In this document: piece after piece, positions 17,401 through 25,552 of the stretch
Layout: each line of letters starts with the position of its first letter
Position numbering within the stretch: the stretch's first letter is position 1
Origin: Armatimonadota bacterium
GTDB lineage: Bacteria > Armatimonadota > Zipacnadia > Zipacnadales > JABUFB01
Direction of reading: 5' to 3'
Assembly (NCBI GenBank): GCA_013314775.1
Contig: JABUFB010000008.1
Coordinates: forward strand, 725,036 to 789,035
DNA length: 64,000 bases
Position numbers and translations under genes: made by a program
The notes under the pieces: model-generated
What the model was told of the DNA's origin: nothing
The model's database searches: none
What the model saw: the letters and a program-made list of their open reading frames with translations, nothing else

Positions 17401-18996
17401 GCCATTGCGGTGGATGGTGACGCGTCTGAGATTGGAGCCCGTGCCCGGTCCGGAGACGGTGACGATGCGCAGAAGGTCGTGGTCTTCGTCCCGCGCGATC
17501 TGGAGCACTCCCTGGCGGGATACTGCGCCGGTCACAAGCACGCTGTCAACCTCCCGTGCGGGCACCATAACCATGTCGCCGGGTTGGAGGTCGAGATTCT
17601 GAGACAGGTCGCCTTCGTCCATGAGCGCCTGCAGATTGCGGACTATGGTCTCCTTGCCGCGATAGACGGTGACCCGGGTGAGGTCACTCATGGGGCCCGG
17701 GCCGGCGGTTGTGATGATGCGCAGCAGGTCGCGCTCGGTCACCCCGCGCAGGTTGAAAGTCCCGGTTCGCCCCAGCGCTCCCATGACCAGCAGCGTCTGG
17801 GAGACCCCTTCGGGAATCACCAGCACGTCACCGGGCAGCAGCGAGGATTCATCGGGGGCCTGACCAGCTTCGATGAACCGCTGCAGGTCTACACTGATGC
17901 TCTTGCCGGCCCGGATGATCTCCGCGCGGCTCAGATCCGCGGTGGCAGTGGGGCCGCCGGCGGCTGCCAGGCCCTGCAGGACGGGGATGGGGCTCCCCAT
18001 GCGGAAGACTTGAGGGGTGTTGACCTGTCCGACCACCGAAATGCTGCCGGCCTCGTGCACCACCAGTACATCCCCGCCGCGGAGCACATGGTTCTGGCTG
18101 GTACTGCCGCCCTTGAGCAGCGCGTTCAGGTCGATCTCAAGCGGGTCGGAATCGGCACGCAGGAGGATGGCGCGGGAGCGGTCGGCAATGGGAGAGAAGC
18201 CCTGGGACATGCGCAGGGCGTCAAGCACCCGCACTTCGCGGTCCACGGGGAGCAGGAGACTGCCGGGGGCCTGAACCTCCCCGAGGATCATGACTTCCTC
18301 GCGCACCCGAGGAACATAGACGGTGTCGCCATATTCCAGGCGATGTTCGTGCCCAAGACCGCCTTCACCTCGAAGGCCGCTGCAATCTACTTCGATGGGC
18401 TTACCGCCCGGGTGTGTGAGGCGCACCCGGCGCAAGTCAGCGTACGGGCCGGGACCGGCGGCGGCCACGGCGTCGGTGAGCGTGGAGCCAAAGGGCAAGG
18501 TGACCGCCCCGTTGCGGGACAGTTCGCCGGACACGTACACCTTGCGGATGGAATTGATCTCGTCCACGGTCACCTTGACCGACGGTTTTCGTACGAGCGT
18601 GCTGAGACGTTTGACCAAGAACGCCTCGGCTTCGCGCAGGGTCATCCCGCGCAAGCCGACCTGGCCGAGGAGGGGCATGGGGATGGATCCACCGGGGCCA
18701 ATGCGCGCGGCGGTGGAGAGCGTGGGCTCGTTGAAGACCACTATCTGCACCACATCGCCGGCGCTGAGCCGATAGTCGGTATCCACGGAAAAGCGGGGCG
18801 TGAGGGAGCGCACCGGCCCGGCCCCCGCTGTCCGGGACTTTGCTGAGGAGGCAGCCTGCGCGAGCGCTGTATCGCGGGAGGCCTGGTCGTCTTTGAGACT
18901 TGCCGCACAGGCGGTTCCAGCGCTGCAAGATACCAGGAGGGCGACGAGAAGGGCAACCCTTCCGAAGCCGGCCCTAGACGTGGCCCTGCGGAACAT
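14461..18996 (-). CDS. Giant Wza-like polysaccharide biosynthesis/export protein with a Poly_export domain followed by about 15 tandem SLBB (soluble-ligand-binding beta-grasp) repeats.
   Basis: The N-terminus is a signal peptide (MFRRATSRAGFGRVALLVALLVSCSAGTACAA) with a strong RBS (GGGGAGGA) before the ATG at 18996. A Poly_export-like segment follows (YRLSAGDVVQIVVFNEP...MPLLGQV). Units of about 80 aa then recur, each with LxGPxPxADLxRVxVxRG...L...GDxxxVP. The matching DNA motif GGCGTTGGGCAGCGGCCCGGC recurs at a period of about 240 bp. Confidence 0.8.
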   Translation of the reverse strand: MFRRATSRAGFGRVALLVALLVSCSAGTACAASLKDDQASRDTALAQAASSAKSRTAGAGPVRSLTPRFSVDTDYRLSAGDVVQIVVFNEPTLSTAARIGPGGSIPMPLLGQVGLRGMTLREAEAFLVKRLSTLVRKPSVKVTVDEINSIRKVYVSGELSRNGAVTLPFGSTLTDAVAAAGPGPYADLRRVRLTHPGGKPIEVDCSGLRGEGGLGHEHRLEYGDTVYVPRVREEVMILGEVQAPGSLLLPVDREVRVLDALRMSQGFSPIADRSRAILLRADSDPLEIDLNALLKGGSTSQNHVLRGGDVLVVHEAGSISVVGQVNTPQVFRMGSPIPVLQGLAAAGGPTATADLSRAEIIRAGKSISVDLQRFIEAGQAPDESSLLPGDVLVIPEGVSQTLLVMGALGRTGTFNLRGVTERDLLRIITTAGPGPMSDLTRVTVYRGKETIVRNLQALMDEGDLSQNLDLQPGDMVMVPAREVDSVLVTGAVSRQGVLQIARDEDHDLLRIVTVSGPGTGSNLRRVTIHRNGETIIRDLQAAVDEGRMENSIPVEDGDVIVVPEIDENVVLSGAVERGGIVRLVDDDWRDLGRLILMSGPLPYADLTRVMVSRGGKQILVNVKPYIEEGNRQATLALEDGDMIRVPVVEDSIMLTGALSRGGVLRLVPTLDRDLASLILAAGPLPQADLEHVTVHRGQNKIVRNLLAMIQDGDRTQSMYVEPGDIITVPARELRNILITGAVAQAGLLTVADDPRSDLARLVTLAGPLPNADLTRVKVHRGGNTTERDIKAFIETGLEAYSLQLEDGDVVVVPRVEHTVLVMGAVARSGSIQLFDDKQRDLLRVVTLAGPMPNADLSRVTIFRGEQQIKRDLKKLYETGDLSQSFLLEDGDIIKVPAYEDSILLAGAAGRTGVLALGDEDTRDLARLIAASGPAPFADLRRVTVHRGGEKITRDVQAYLYEGDTSQTLQLEDGDLVVIPIDRGTALITGAVQRAGQVRVSDPENRRLVDTLLASGPLPNADLKRVTVFRGDEQFVYNLKGLVEEGVPVPVDAEVLPGDRILVPGLDTVSVLITGAVQRRGTIELVTEEQRDLARVVTAAGWDPMADLTNVTVHRGDEVIVRNLRAYFDQGDTSQTLLLEDGDRVLVPQLGTGSIIITGQVMRSGVVPQEVGRSNDLFATVTFAGPNRPTADLSRVSVYRKGERIVRDLTRLEEEGDTSQNMMLEPGDIVHVPMATETVVFAGEVARPGAISIHGAKERDLVRLLPLASPNPEGGLDRVTIYRDGEAIVRNYRALVEEGDMTQNLELQPGDLVYVPTDDVNNIMVLGALQRNGAVNIREKANRDLLRVVTLMQPLATADLTRVTVYRPDQEPIYRDLRLLQDEGALDQTMDLQPGDVVVVPAMDEIYVLGAVGRPGPYPLDPEWGIMDIVSRAALAPGAQQRVIMIRKRPDGTTEHTEINLAKLRQGKVPDPVKVKPGDIFYVPPRAPARGDLWRTLRDSFWVVSAIVSLFD

Positions 18997-19174
18997 GTAT
19001 TCGTCCTCCCCAGCTCGAGGTGTCTGCATTGTGCGTCGTCTATAGACTGCAATTCTTGCGGCAATTCGCCGCTGGGGTCGGCAGGCGGGCACAAATGGCG
19101 CCCGAAGCACGCCGCTGATATTATAGCACACTCATTCTGCCTAGACTATAGAGGGCCCCTCTTGGACAAGTCAA

Positions 19175-19188
19175 GCCCGCCGGCGGGC
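19175..19188. promoter_or_regulatory. Perfect 14-nt palindrome in the divergent promoter region between the Wza-like gene and recJ.
   Basis: GCCCGCCGGCGGGC is self-complementary and sits in the 266-bp divergent intergenic region. Confidence 0.2.
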
Positions 19189-19262
19189 TACGAGGTCTGT
19201 TTGACTCGATCCAGCGTCTACCGTATACTGCCCCCAAAGGAAGACACTGGAATTCGGTACAT

Positions 19263-20975
19263 ATGCCTGCATGCAGACCCGCATGGGACGCCGCGCCACG
19301 AGACTTTGATTTTGAAGCGCAGATGGCCCGCGAACTGGGGATTCACCCCGTCATAGCGGGCGTCATGCGCCGCCGCGGCATAACCACTCCAGACCACGCA
19401 CGCCGCTTCCTCCACCCCGATCTGGCCGACCTGCATGACCCGTTCCTATTGCCCGATATGGACATCGCGGCCCGGAGAATCGTGAAGGCCATCGAAAACC
19501 ATGAGACCGTCCTGGTCCACGGTGACTACGATGTGGATGGAATTACCGGTTCTGCCCTGATGGTCCGTTTCCTGTCGAAACTGGGGGCGGACGTGCAGTA
19601 TCACTTGCCCCATCGTCAGATTGACCACTATGGGCTGAGCGTGGAGGCGATGCGCGAGGCCGCGCGGGTGGGTGCCCATCTCGCCATAGCGGTGGATTGC
19701 GGTGTCACCGGCTTCGAGGCGGTGGCGGAGGGGCGGCGCCTGGGCATGGACGTGGTGGTCATCGATCACCACGAGCCCGAGGACAGACTACCCAACGCCA
19801 ACGCCATCGTTGATCCAAAGCGCGCCGACTCCACCTATCCCGAGCGCGATCTGGCCTCTGTCGGCCTCTGCTTCAAGACCGCGTCGGCCGTTTGTACCCT
19901 CATGGACGTGCCCCAGGAATCCCTGCAGAGGGCATTCCTGGACCTGGTGGCCATGGGAACCATAGCCGACGTGGTCCCGCTCATCGGCGAGAACCGCATC
20001 CTGGCCAGTCACGGCTTGAGGAGCATGGCAGGCACGCGCAAAGTGGGGCTGCAAGCTCTGATGCGTCTGTGCAATGCAGACGGAGACATCCGAGCTTCCG
20101 ACGTGGCCTTCCGTATTGCCCCGCGGATGAACGCCGCCGGGAGAATGGGCGACGCGACTGATGCCCTGGAATTGCTTCTCACGAATGACCCGGAGACTGC
20201 CACCCGGTTGGCTCTCTCCCTGGATAACGCGAACCGCGAGCGTCAGCGGGTCCAGGAGCGCATCTATCGGGATGCCCTGGAGATGATAGAGGGAGAGGTG
20301 GACTTCGAGAACGAGCACGTCGTGGTGCTGGCGTCTCCTGAATGGCACGTGGGCGTTGTGGGCATTGTGGCCTCGAAAATCATGGAGACCCACTCGCGCC
20401 CGACGATCCTCATGGTGCAGGAAAACGGTGAGGCCCGGGGATCCGCACGGAGCGTTCATGGGTTCGATATCAGCCAGGCCCTGCAGGGGTGCACCGACCT
20501 GCTGCTGTCCCACGGTGGGCATGCCCTGGCGGCCGGGATGAGTCTGCGCATTGAGAACCTGCCGGACTTCCGCCGACGCCTGAACTGCCTCGCCGCCGAA
20601 TCCCTGCGTTTGGAGGACCTTCAGCCCAGATTGGAGACCGACGCTGAGGTGTTGCTGGACGAGGTGGACGCGGAACTGCTTGAGGGTCTGGCGCAGCTTG
20701 AGCCCTTCGGGCAGGCGAACCCGGCGCCCTTGTTCGTGACCCACGGGGTGGATGTGCTGGATGTCCGGACTGTCGGAAGGGACAACCAGCACCTGAAACT
20801 GTTCGTGAGCCAGGGTGACCGCCCGGTGGACTGTATCGGGTTCGGAATGGGTCCTGAAGCCGACTGGATCGACCGGGGATCTACTATCGATATCTGCCAC
20901 ACTCCCGAGATCAATGAGTACAATGGGACCCGAGGGGTCCAACTGCGTCTCCAGGCTGTTCGCGCGGCACGGTAA
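19263..20975 (+). CDS. recJ: Single-stranded-DNA-specific exonuclease RecJ.
   Basis: It carries the DHH motif (VLVHGDYDVDGITG), a DHHA1 region (GGHALAAGMSL) and a C-terminal OB-like region. Confidence 0.85.
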   Translation: MPACRPAWDAAPRDFDFEAQMARELGIHPVIAGVMRRRGITTPDHARRFLHPDLADLHDPFLLPDMDIAARRIVKAIENHETVLVHGDYDVDGITGSALMVRFLSKLGADVQYHLPHRQIDHYGLSVEAMREAARVGAHLAIAVDCGVTGFEAVAEGRRLGMDVVVIDHHEPEDRLPNANAIVDPKRADSTYPERDLASVGLCFKTASAVCTLMDVPQESLQRAFLDLVAMGTIADVVPLIGENRILASHGLRSMAGTRKVGLQALMRLCNADGDIRASDVAFRIAPRMNAAGRMGDATDALELLLTNDPETATRLALSLDNANRERQRVQERIYRDALEMIEGEVDFENEHVVVLASPEWHVGVVGIVASKIMETHSRPTILMVQENGEARGSARSVHGFDISQALQGCTDLLLSHGGHALAAGMSLRIENLPDFRRRLNCLAAESLRLEDLQPRLETDAEVLLDEVDAELLEGLAQLEPFGQANPAPLFVTHGVDVLDVRTVGRDNQHLKLFVSQGDRPVDCIGFGMGPEADWIDRGSTIDICHTPEINEYNGTRGVQLRLQAVRAAR

Positions 20976-21032
20976 GCTCATCGCAGGCCTCAGCGCGGAA
21001 CAGCTCTGGTTCGGAGGATCCGAGGTGCCGAT

Positions 21033-22049
21033 TTGAAGGCCCCCGTCAACCAGGCGGTCCTGCTGGTGGGTGGACAGGGCACGCGATTGCGTCCCCTGAC
21101 CTGTGATCGCCCCAAGGCTCTCGTACCCTTGTTGAATGAGCCCCTGCTGGCCTGCGAACTGCGCCTTCTGGCACGCCACGGCATCACTAACGTGATCCTT
21201 TCCGTTGGTTACCGCGCGCGCGTCCTCCAGGATGCGCTGGGGGATGGGTCGCGCTGGGGGGTAAGGCTGCGGTACGTTGAGGAGCCTTCGGCACTGGGAA
21301 CCGCCGGCGGTCTGCGGAATGCCCTGGAGCTGCTGGATGGGCCCTTCGTGGCGATGAATGGGGACCTGGTGTACGACGTAGACCTGTCCGCCTTTGCCGA
21401 AGCCCACCTGCGAGCGGGCGCGATGGTGAGTTTCTGCCTGCGGCGAGTGGAGGATATACGGCGTTTCGGGCTGATCCAGTGCGACGATTCCGGTCGAGTC
21501 GTGGCCTTCCGCGAAAAGCGGGAGGTCGACGAGACCGGACGGAATACTGTGAACAGCGGGGTCTATCTCATGGACCCGGAAGCATTGCTGCGGGTGCCCG
21601 CGGGCGTTGAGTGGTCCAACGAGACCCAGCTGTTTCCCGGTCTGCTCCAGGAAGGCTGCCTCTTGCTGGGGTTCATGCCCGAACAACAGGGCTACTGGGC
21701 TGACGTGGGCACAGTAGAGTCGTACCTGCAGACCAGCCGCGACCTGCTGCGAGGCGCAATTCCGTGGATGCGGGGAGCGGTCGCCACATCTGTCATGGGA
21801 CGCACCGAGGACATCGAACAACCGGTGGGGCTGGCTGAAGGCGTACGCATTGAGGATGGCGCACGAGTAGGGCCGGAGGTGTGCATTGGCGCGCGTGGCA
21901 CAGTCGGCGCCGGGGCGCGCATCCAGGCGTCTATCCTGTGGGAAGATGTGACCATTGGGCCCAATGCCCATATTCACAACTGCATAATCGGCGCCGGGGT
22001 GACCATCGGCGCGGGCTGCAAGTACAGTGGAAAGGTCGTCGTCCGGTGA
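21033..22049 (+). CDS. NDP-sugar pyrophosphorylase (mannose-1-phosphate guanylyltransferase-like; N-terminal nucleotidyltransferase plus C-terminal left-handed beta-helix).
   Basis: LLVGGQGTRLRPLTCDRPKALVPL is the sugar-nucleotidyltransferase signature. Hexapeptide repeats follow at the C-terminus (IGARGTVGAGARIQASIL...IGAGVTIGAGC). A TTG start is implied by the ORF track. Confidence 0.75.
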   Translation: MKAPVNQAVLLVGGQGTRLRPLTCDRPKALVPLLNEPLLACELRLLARHGITNVILSVGYRARVLQDALGDGSRWGVRLRYVEEPSALGTAGGLRNALELLDGPFVAMNGDLVYDVDLSAFAEAHLRAGAMVSFCLRRVEDIRRFGLIQCDDSGRVVAFREKREVDETGRNTVNSGVYLMDPEALLRVPAGVEWSNETQLFPGLLQEGCLLLGFMPEQQGYWADVGTVESYLQTSRDLLRGAIPWMRGAVATSVMGRTEDIEQPVGLAEGVRIEDGARVGPEVCIGARGTVGAGARIQASILWEDVTIGPNAHIHNCIIGAGVTIGAGCKYSGKVVVR

Positions 22050-23191
22050 GCCACCAAGATCCATTGCTGATGATTCCAGGGCCGACCAATCTGCCGCCAG
22101 AAGTTCGAGCGGCCATCGGCGCGCCCAGCATGTACCACCGCGGGCCGGGCTTCATGGGGCTCCTCGACGGCTGCAACCGGGGCCTGCAGGTAGTTTTCCA
22201 GACGAAGAACGACGTGATCATCCTGGCATCATCGGGTACCGGGGGCGTTGAGGCGGCCATCGTCAATCTCATCAACCCCGATGACCGGGTGCTTGTGGTG
22301 CGCGGAGGGAAGTTCGGCGAGCGCATGGCCGAGATCGCGGCCCGATTCGGCGCGCTGGTAACGACGCTCGACGTCGAACCCGGGCGAGCCGCCGAGCCCC
22401 AGCAGCTTGCGGATGTACTGGCGCGCAAGCCATTCAAGGCCGTGCTGTTCGTGCAGAACGAGACCTCGACTGGCATCACACAGAACGTCGCTACGCTGGC
22501 AAAGATCGCTCACGATCACCGATGCCTGACCATCGTGGACTGTGTGAGCGGGATGGGCGGGATCCCGGTGCGCACCGACGAATGGGGCTTGGACGCAGTG
22601 ATCTCCGGCTCCCAGAAGGCTTTCATGCTCCCGCCCGGGCTGTCCTTTGTATCTCTCTCGCAGCGAGCCTGGGAGATTGCGGAAAAGAGCAAGACGCCGC
22701 GCTTCTACTTCGACCTGCCCGCCGCGCGGAAGTCACTGGCGAAAGGCCAGACGCCTTTCACCCCCGCCGTCAACCTGATCCAGGGCCTGGGGGCGTCTCT
22801 TGAGCTGATCTTGGGCGAGGGCCTTGAGAAAGTGTACGCGCGCCACGCCCGGGCAGGACGTTCGGTGCGTCTGGCAATGCAGGCGCTGGGCCTGGAGCTG
22901 TTTGCGGACCCCGCCTACGCAAGCAATGTGGTGACCGCGATCAGAGCACCTGAGGGAGTCTCGTCCACAGATGTCGTGAAGCGGTTGGCGGCTAACCACC
23001 AGATCGTAATCTCCGACGGCCAGAGTGAACTGAAAGGTAAGATTTTCCGAATAGGGCATATGGGCTGGTTCGACGAGGAGATGCTGGCGCGCACGGTGCG
23101 TGCAACGGGCGAGACTTTAGCCGGTCTGGGGCATTCGTGCGACCCGCAGGCCGGCGAGGAAACGCTGCGGGAGGTCTGGGCACAGGCATGA
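22046..23191 (+). CDS. Class V (AGXT-type) aminotransferase, probably the phosphoserine aminotransferase of an archaeal/cyanobacterial-type serine pathway.
   Basis: MIPGPTNLPPEV is a class-V N-terminus, and SGSQKAF is the PLP lysine region. It is translationally coupled to serA (ATGA at 23188-23191). A possible GTG start overlaps the upstream stop (GTGA at 22046). The alternative ATG is at 22070. Confidence 0.7.
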   Translation: MSHQDPLLMIPGPTNLPPEVRAAIGAPSMYHRGPGFMGLLDGCNRGLQVVFQTKNDVIILASSGTGGVEAAIVNLINPDDRVLVVRGGKFGERMAEIAARFGALVTTLDVEPGRAAEPQQLADVLARKPFKAVLFVQNETSTGITQNVATLAKIAHDHRCLTIVDCVSGMGGIPVRTDEWGLDAVISGSQKAFMLPPGLSFVSLSQRAWEIAEKSKTPRFYFDLPAARKSLAKGQTPFTPAVNLIQGLGASLELILGEGLEKVYARHARAGRSVRLAMQALGLELFADPAYASNVVTAIRAPEGVSSTDVVKRLAANHQIVISDGQSELKGKIFRIGHMGWFDEEMLARTVRATGETLAGLGHSCDPQAGEETLREVWAQA

Positions 23192-24777
23192 GGCCGCGGG
23201 TACTGGTCTGTGACAATGTGGCGGCGTCCGGCTTGGAGTTTCTGCGCACCCGAGCAGAAGTGGTGGAAGCCGGCAGCCTGGACGAACAGGCGCTGATTGC
23301 GGCCCTGGATGGCTGCCAGGCTCTCATCGTCCGCAGCGCAACGAAAGTAACCGCGCCCGTGTTTGAAGCCTGCCGGGGCCTGAAAGTGGTGGCTCGCGCC
23401 GGCGTGGGTGTTGATAACATTGATATCGAGGCTGCCACGCGCTGGGGGGTGCTGGTGGTCAACAGCCCCGCGGGGAACGTGCTGGCCGCGGCCGAGCACA
23501 CCCTGGCAATGCTGCTTGCTGCCGCGCGAAACATCCCGCAGGCCGATGCATCAATGAAACAGGGGCGGTTCGACCGCAAGAGCTTCATAGGCCGTCAAGT
23601 CCTGGGCAAGACGCTGGGGATCGTGGGCCTGGGAAACATCGGGACCGAGGTCGCTCGAAGGGCGAGAGCTCTCGGGATGAACGTCGTCGCCTTCGACCCC
23701 TACGCCTCCGAGGAACATGTGCGCAAACTCGGAGCCACCTCTGCCCCACTCCATGAGCTGCTGGCCCAGAGCGACTTTCTGACCGTACACGTGCCGCTGA
23801 CAGACGAGACCCGGGGCCTGATCGGGGCGCGTGAACTGGATCTGCTGCCCGACCATGCCGTGGTCGTCAACTGTGCGCGGGGAGGGATCATCGACGAAAA
23901 CGCGCTTCTTGAGGCGCTTCAGGCGGGCACGGTCGCCGGAGCCGCGCTAGATGTTTTCGTCGGCGAGCCCGACGTGAACGCGAGCCTCGTGGGGCACCCT
24001 CGTGTCATCGCGACACCGCACCTGGGCGCCTCCACGAGTGAGGCCCAGGAGACGGTTGTTCTGGACGCGGCGTCGCAGGTGATGGATGTACTGGCCGGCT
24101 TGCCTCCCAGTTCGCCGGTGAATGTGCCCGCCCTGCCCGCAGAGCTGATGGACCAGCTCAGCCCGTATCTGCTTGTTGCCAGGCATCTGGGGACCCTCGC
24201 GAATGTGCTGGTGACCGGCGCCGCTCGGTCGGTGAAGGTGGATGCAGGGGCAGGCGCGCCAGTTCAGGGCATTCCGCTCCTGGCACACACCATCGTGGCG
24301 CGGATGCTGTCGGGGAAGATCGACCAGCGGGTGAACGAGGTGAACGCTCCAGTAGTTGCGCGTGAGCGCGGCATCGAGGTGCTTCACGGCGCACTGGCCG
24401 AGGACCCGGGGTATTCGCGCTATCTTGAGGCCGGCATTGTGGGTGAAGACTTTGCCTATGAGCTCGCGGGAGCTGTGCTGGAAGGGGACCAGCCCAGAAT
24501 CCTGCGCATCGCGGGCTATGCAGTGGATCTACGCCCTGAAGGCAGGATTATTCTCGTCTGGAAGGACCGGCCGGGGACGCCCGGATTTATCGGTGCGGTG
24601 GGCACGACCCTCGGTGATGCGGGGGTGGGAATTGCCAGCATCCAGGTTGGCCATGAGATCATTGATGACCGCGGCCTATTGGTGATCCGAGTTCTGCAGG
24701 AACCATCGTCCGAGGTGCTTCAGGCAATCCGTGAGCACCCGGACGTCGCGAGGCTGGAGACGGTGGTTTTCGACTGA
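23188..24777 (+). CDS. serA: D-3-phosphoglycerate dehydrogenase with a C-terminal ACT domain.
   Basis: GIVGLGNIGTEVARRA is the NAD-binding motif. The 2-hydroxyacid dehydrogenase catalytic region (CARGGIIDE, TPHLGAST) is present, followed by ASB and ACT domains. The product is about 530 aa. Confidence 0.9.
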   Translation: MRPRVLVCDNVAASGLEFLRTRAEVVEAGSLDEQALIAALDGCQALIVRSATKVTAPVFEACRGLKVVARAGVGVDNIDIEAATRWGVLVVNSPAGNVLAAAEHTLAMLLAAARNIPQADASMKQGRFDRKSFIGRQVLGKTLGIVGLGNIGTEVARRARALGMNVVAFDPYASEEHVRKLGATSAPLHELLAQSDFLTVHVPLTDETRGLIGARELDLLPDHAVVVNCARGGIIDENALLEALQAGTVAGAALDVFVGEPDVNASLVGHPRVIATPHLGASTSEAQETVVLDAASQVMDVLAGLPPSSPVNVPALPAELMDQLSPYLLVARHLGTLANVLVTGAARSVKVDAGAGAPVQGIPLLAHTIVARMLSGKIDQRVNEVNAPVVARERGIEVLHGALAEDPGYSRYLEAGIVGEDFAYELAGAVLEGDQPRILRIAGYAVDLRPEGRIILVWKDRPGTPGFIGAVGTTLGDAGVGIASIQVGHEIIDDRGLLVIRVLQEPSSEVLQAIREHPDVARLETVVFD

Positions 24778-24778
24778 T

Positions 24779-25552
24779 ATGCGCATACTGATCACAAATG
24801 ACGACGGAGTTCACGCACCGGGCCTGCGGGCACTGGTTTCGGAGCTGACCTCGCTAGGTGAAGTGGTGGTGTTCGCCCCCGAACGCGAGCAGAGTTGCAG
24901 CGGGCACGCAATCACCCTGCACAAGCCCCTGCGCATCCGGGACGCCCGCATTGACGGAGCGGATGTGCGCGCATATTCGGTGAGCGGCACTCCCGCGGAT
25001 TGTGTGGTTCTCGGTTGCCTGCAGGAGAAGGAGCCCTTCGACCTGGTGCTGTCCGGGATCAACGCCGGAGCCAATCTGGGTGAGGAGGTTTTCTACTCGG
25101 GCACCGTAGCGGCGGCGATGGAGGCTTCGCTGCACGGCATCCGCAGTGTCGCGATGTCGGTGACGGCCTACCGCGACTGTGATTTCCGTGCGGCGGCGCA
25201 GTTCGCGACCCGATTTGGGCCGGCCTGCACAACCATGGACCTGCCGCCAGACACCGTGCTGAATGTGAACGTGCCCAGCCTGCCACCCGATCAGATTCGG
25301 GGCGTCCGGGTCACGCGTCTGGGCCGACGGTCGTACGAGAACTTCCTGGAGCGTCGCGAGGACCCGCGAGGCGTGCCCTATTACTGGTTTAGCGGGGAAG
25401 CCCGGGAGGCCGACGCCACCGAAGACACCGACATCGGCGCCACACAGGCCGGATTCATCTCGGTCACGCCCATGCGGTTCGACATCACCGCGTATGAGGC
25501 CATGGGCGGGATTATGTCGCAACTGTCAGCTATGGGGCTCGTGAAGCCATGA
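24779..25552 (+). CDS. surE: 5'/3'-nucleotidase SurE.
   Basis: MRILITNDDGVHAPGL plus SGINAGANLGEEVFYSGTVAAAMEA is the SurE signature. It starts 2 nt after the serA stop. Confidence 0.9.
   Translation: MRILITNDDGVHAPGLRALVSELTSLGEVVVFAPEREQSCSGHAITLHKPLRIRDARIDGADVRAYSVSGTPADCVVLGCLQEKEPFDLVLSGINAGANLGEEVFYSGTVAAAMEASLHGIRSVAMSVTAYRDCDFRAAAQFATRFGPACTTMDLPPDTVLNVNVPSLPPDQIRGVRVTRLGRRSYENFLERREDPRGVPYYWFSGEAREADATEDTDIGATQAGFISVTPMRFDITAYEAMGGIMSQLSAMGLVKP

Noticed and set aside
14900-18800. Periodic DNA repeats of about 240 bp that could be mistaken for a CRISPR-like or satellite array.
   Set aside because: The repeats are coding and in-frame (SLBB units), imperfect at the DNA level, and lack spacer/repeat architecture.
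17410-18846. A 478-aa + strand ORF.
   Set aside because: It is the antisense shadow of the SLBB-repeat gene. Its composition is Gly/Arg/Ala-rich, there is no RBS, and the minus-strand frame has clear domain repeats.
19788-22064. A 758-aa minus-strand ORF.
   Set aside because: It runs antisense across recJ and the NDP-sugar pyrophosphorylase, both of which have strong motifs. It is a typical high-GC shadow ORF.
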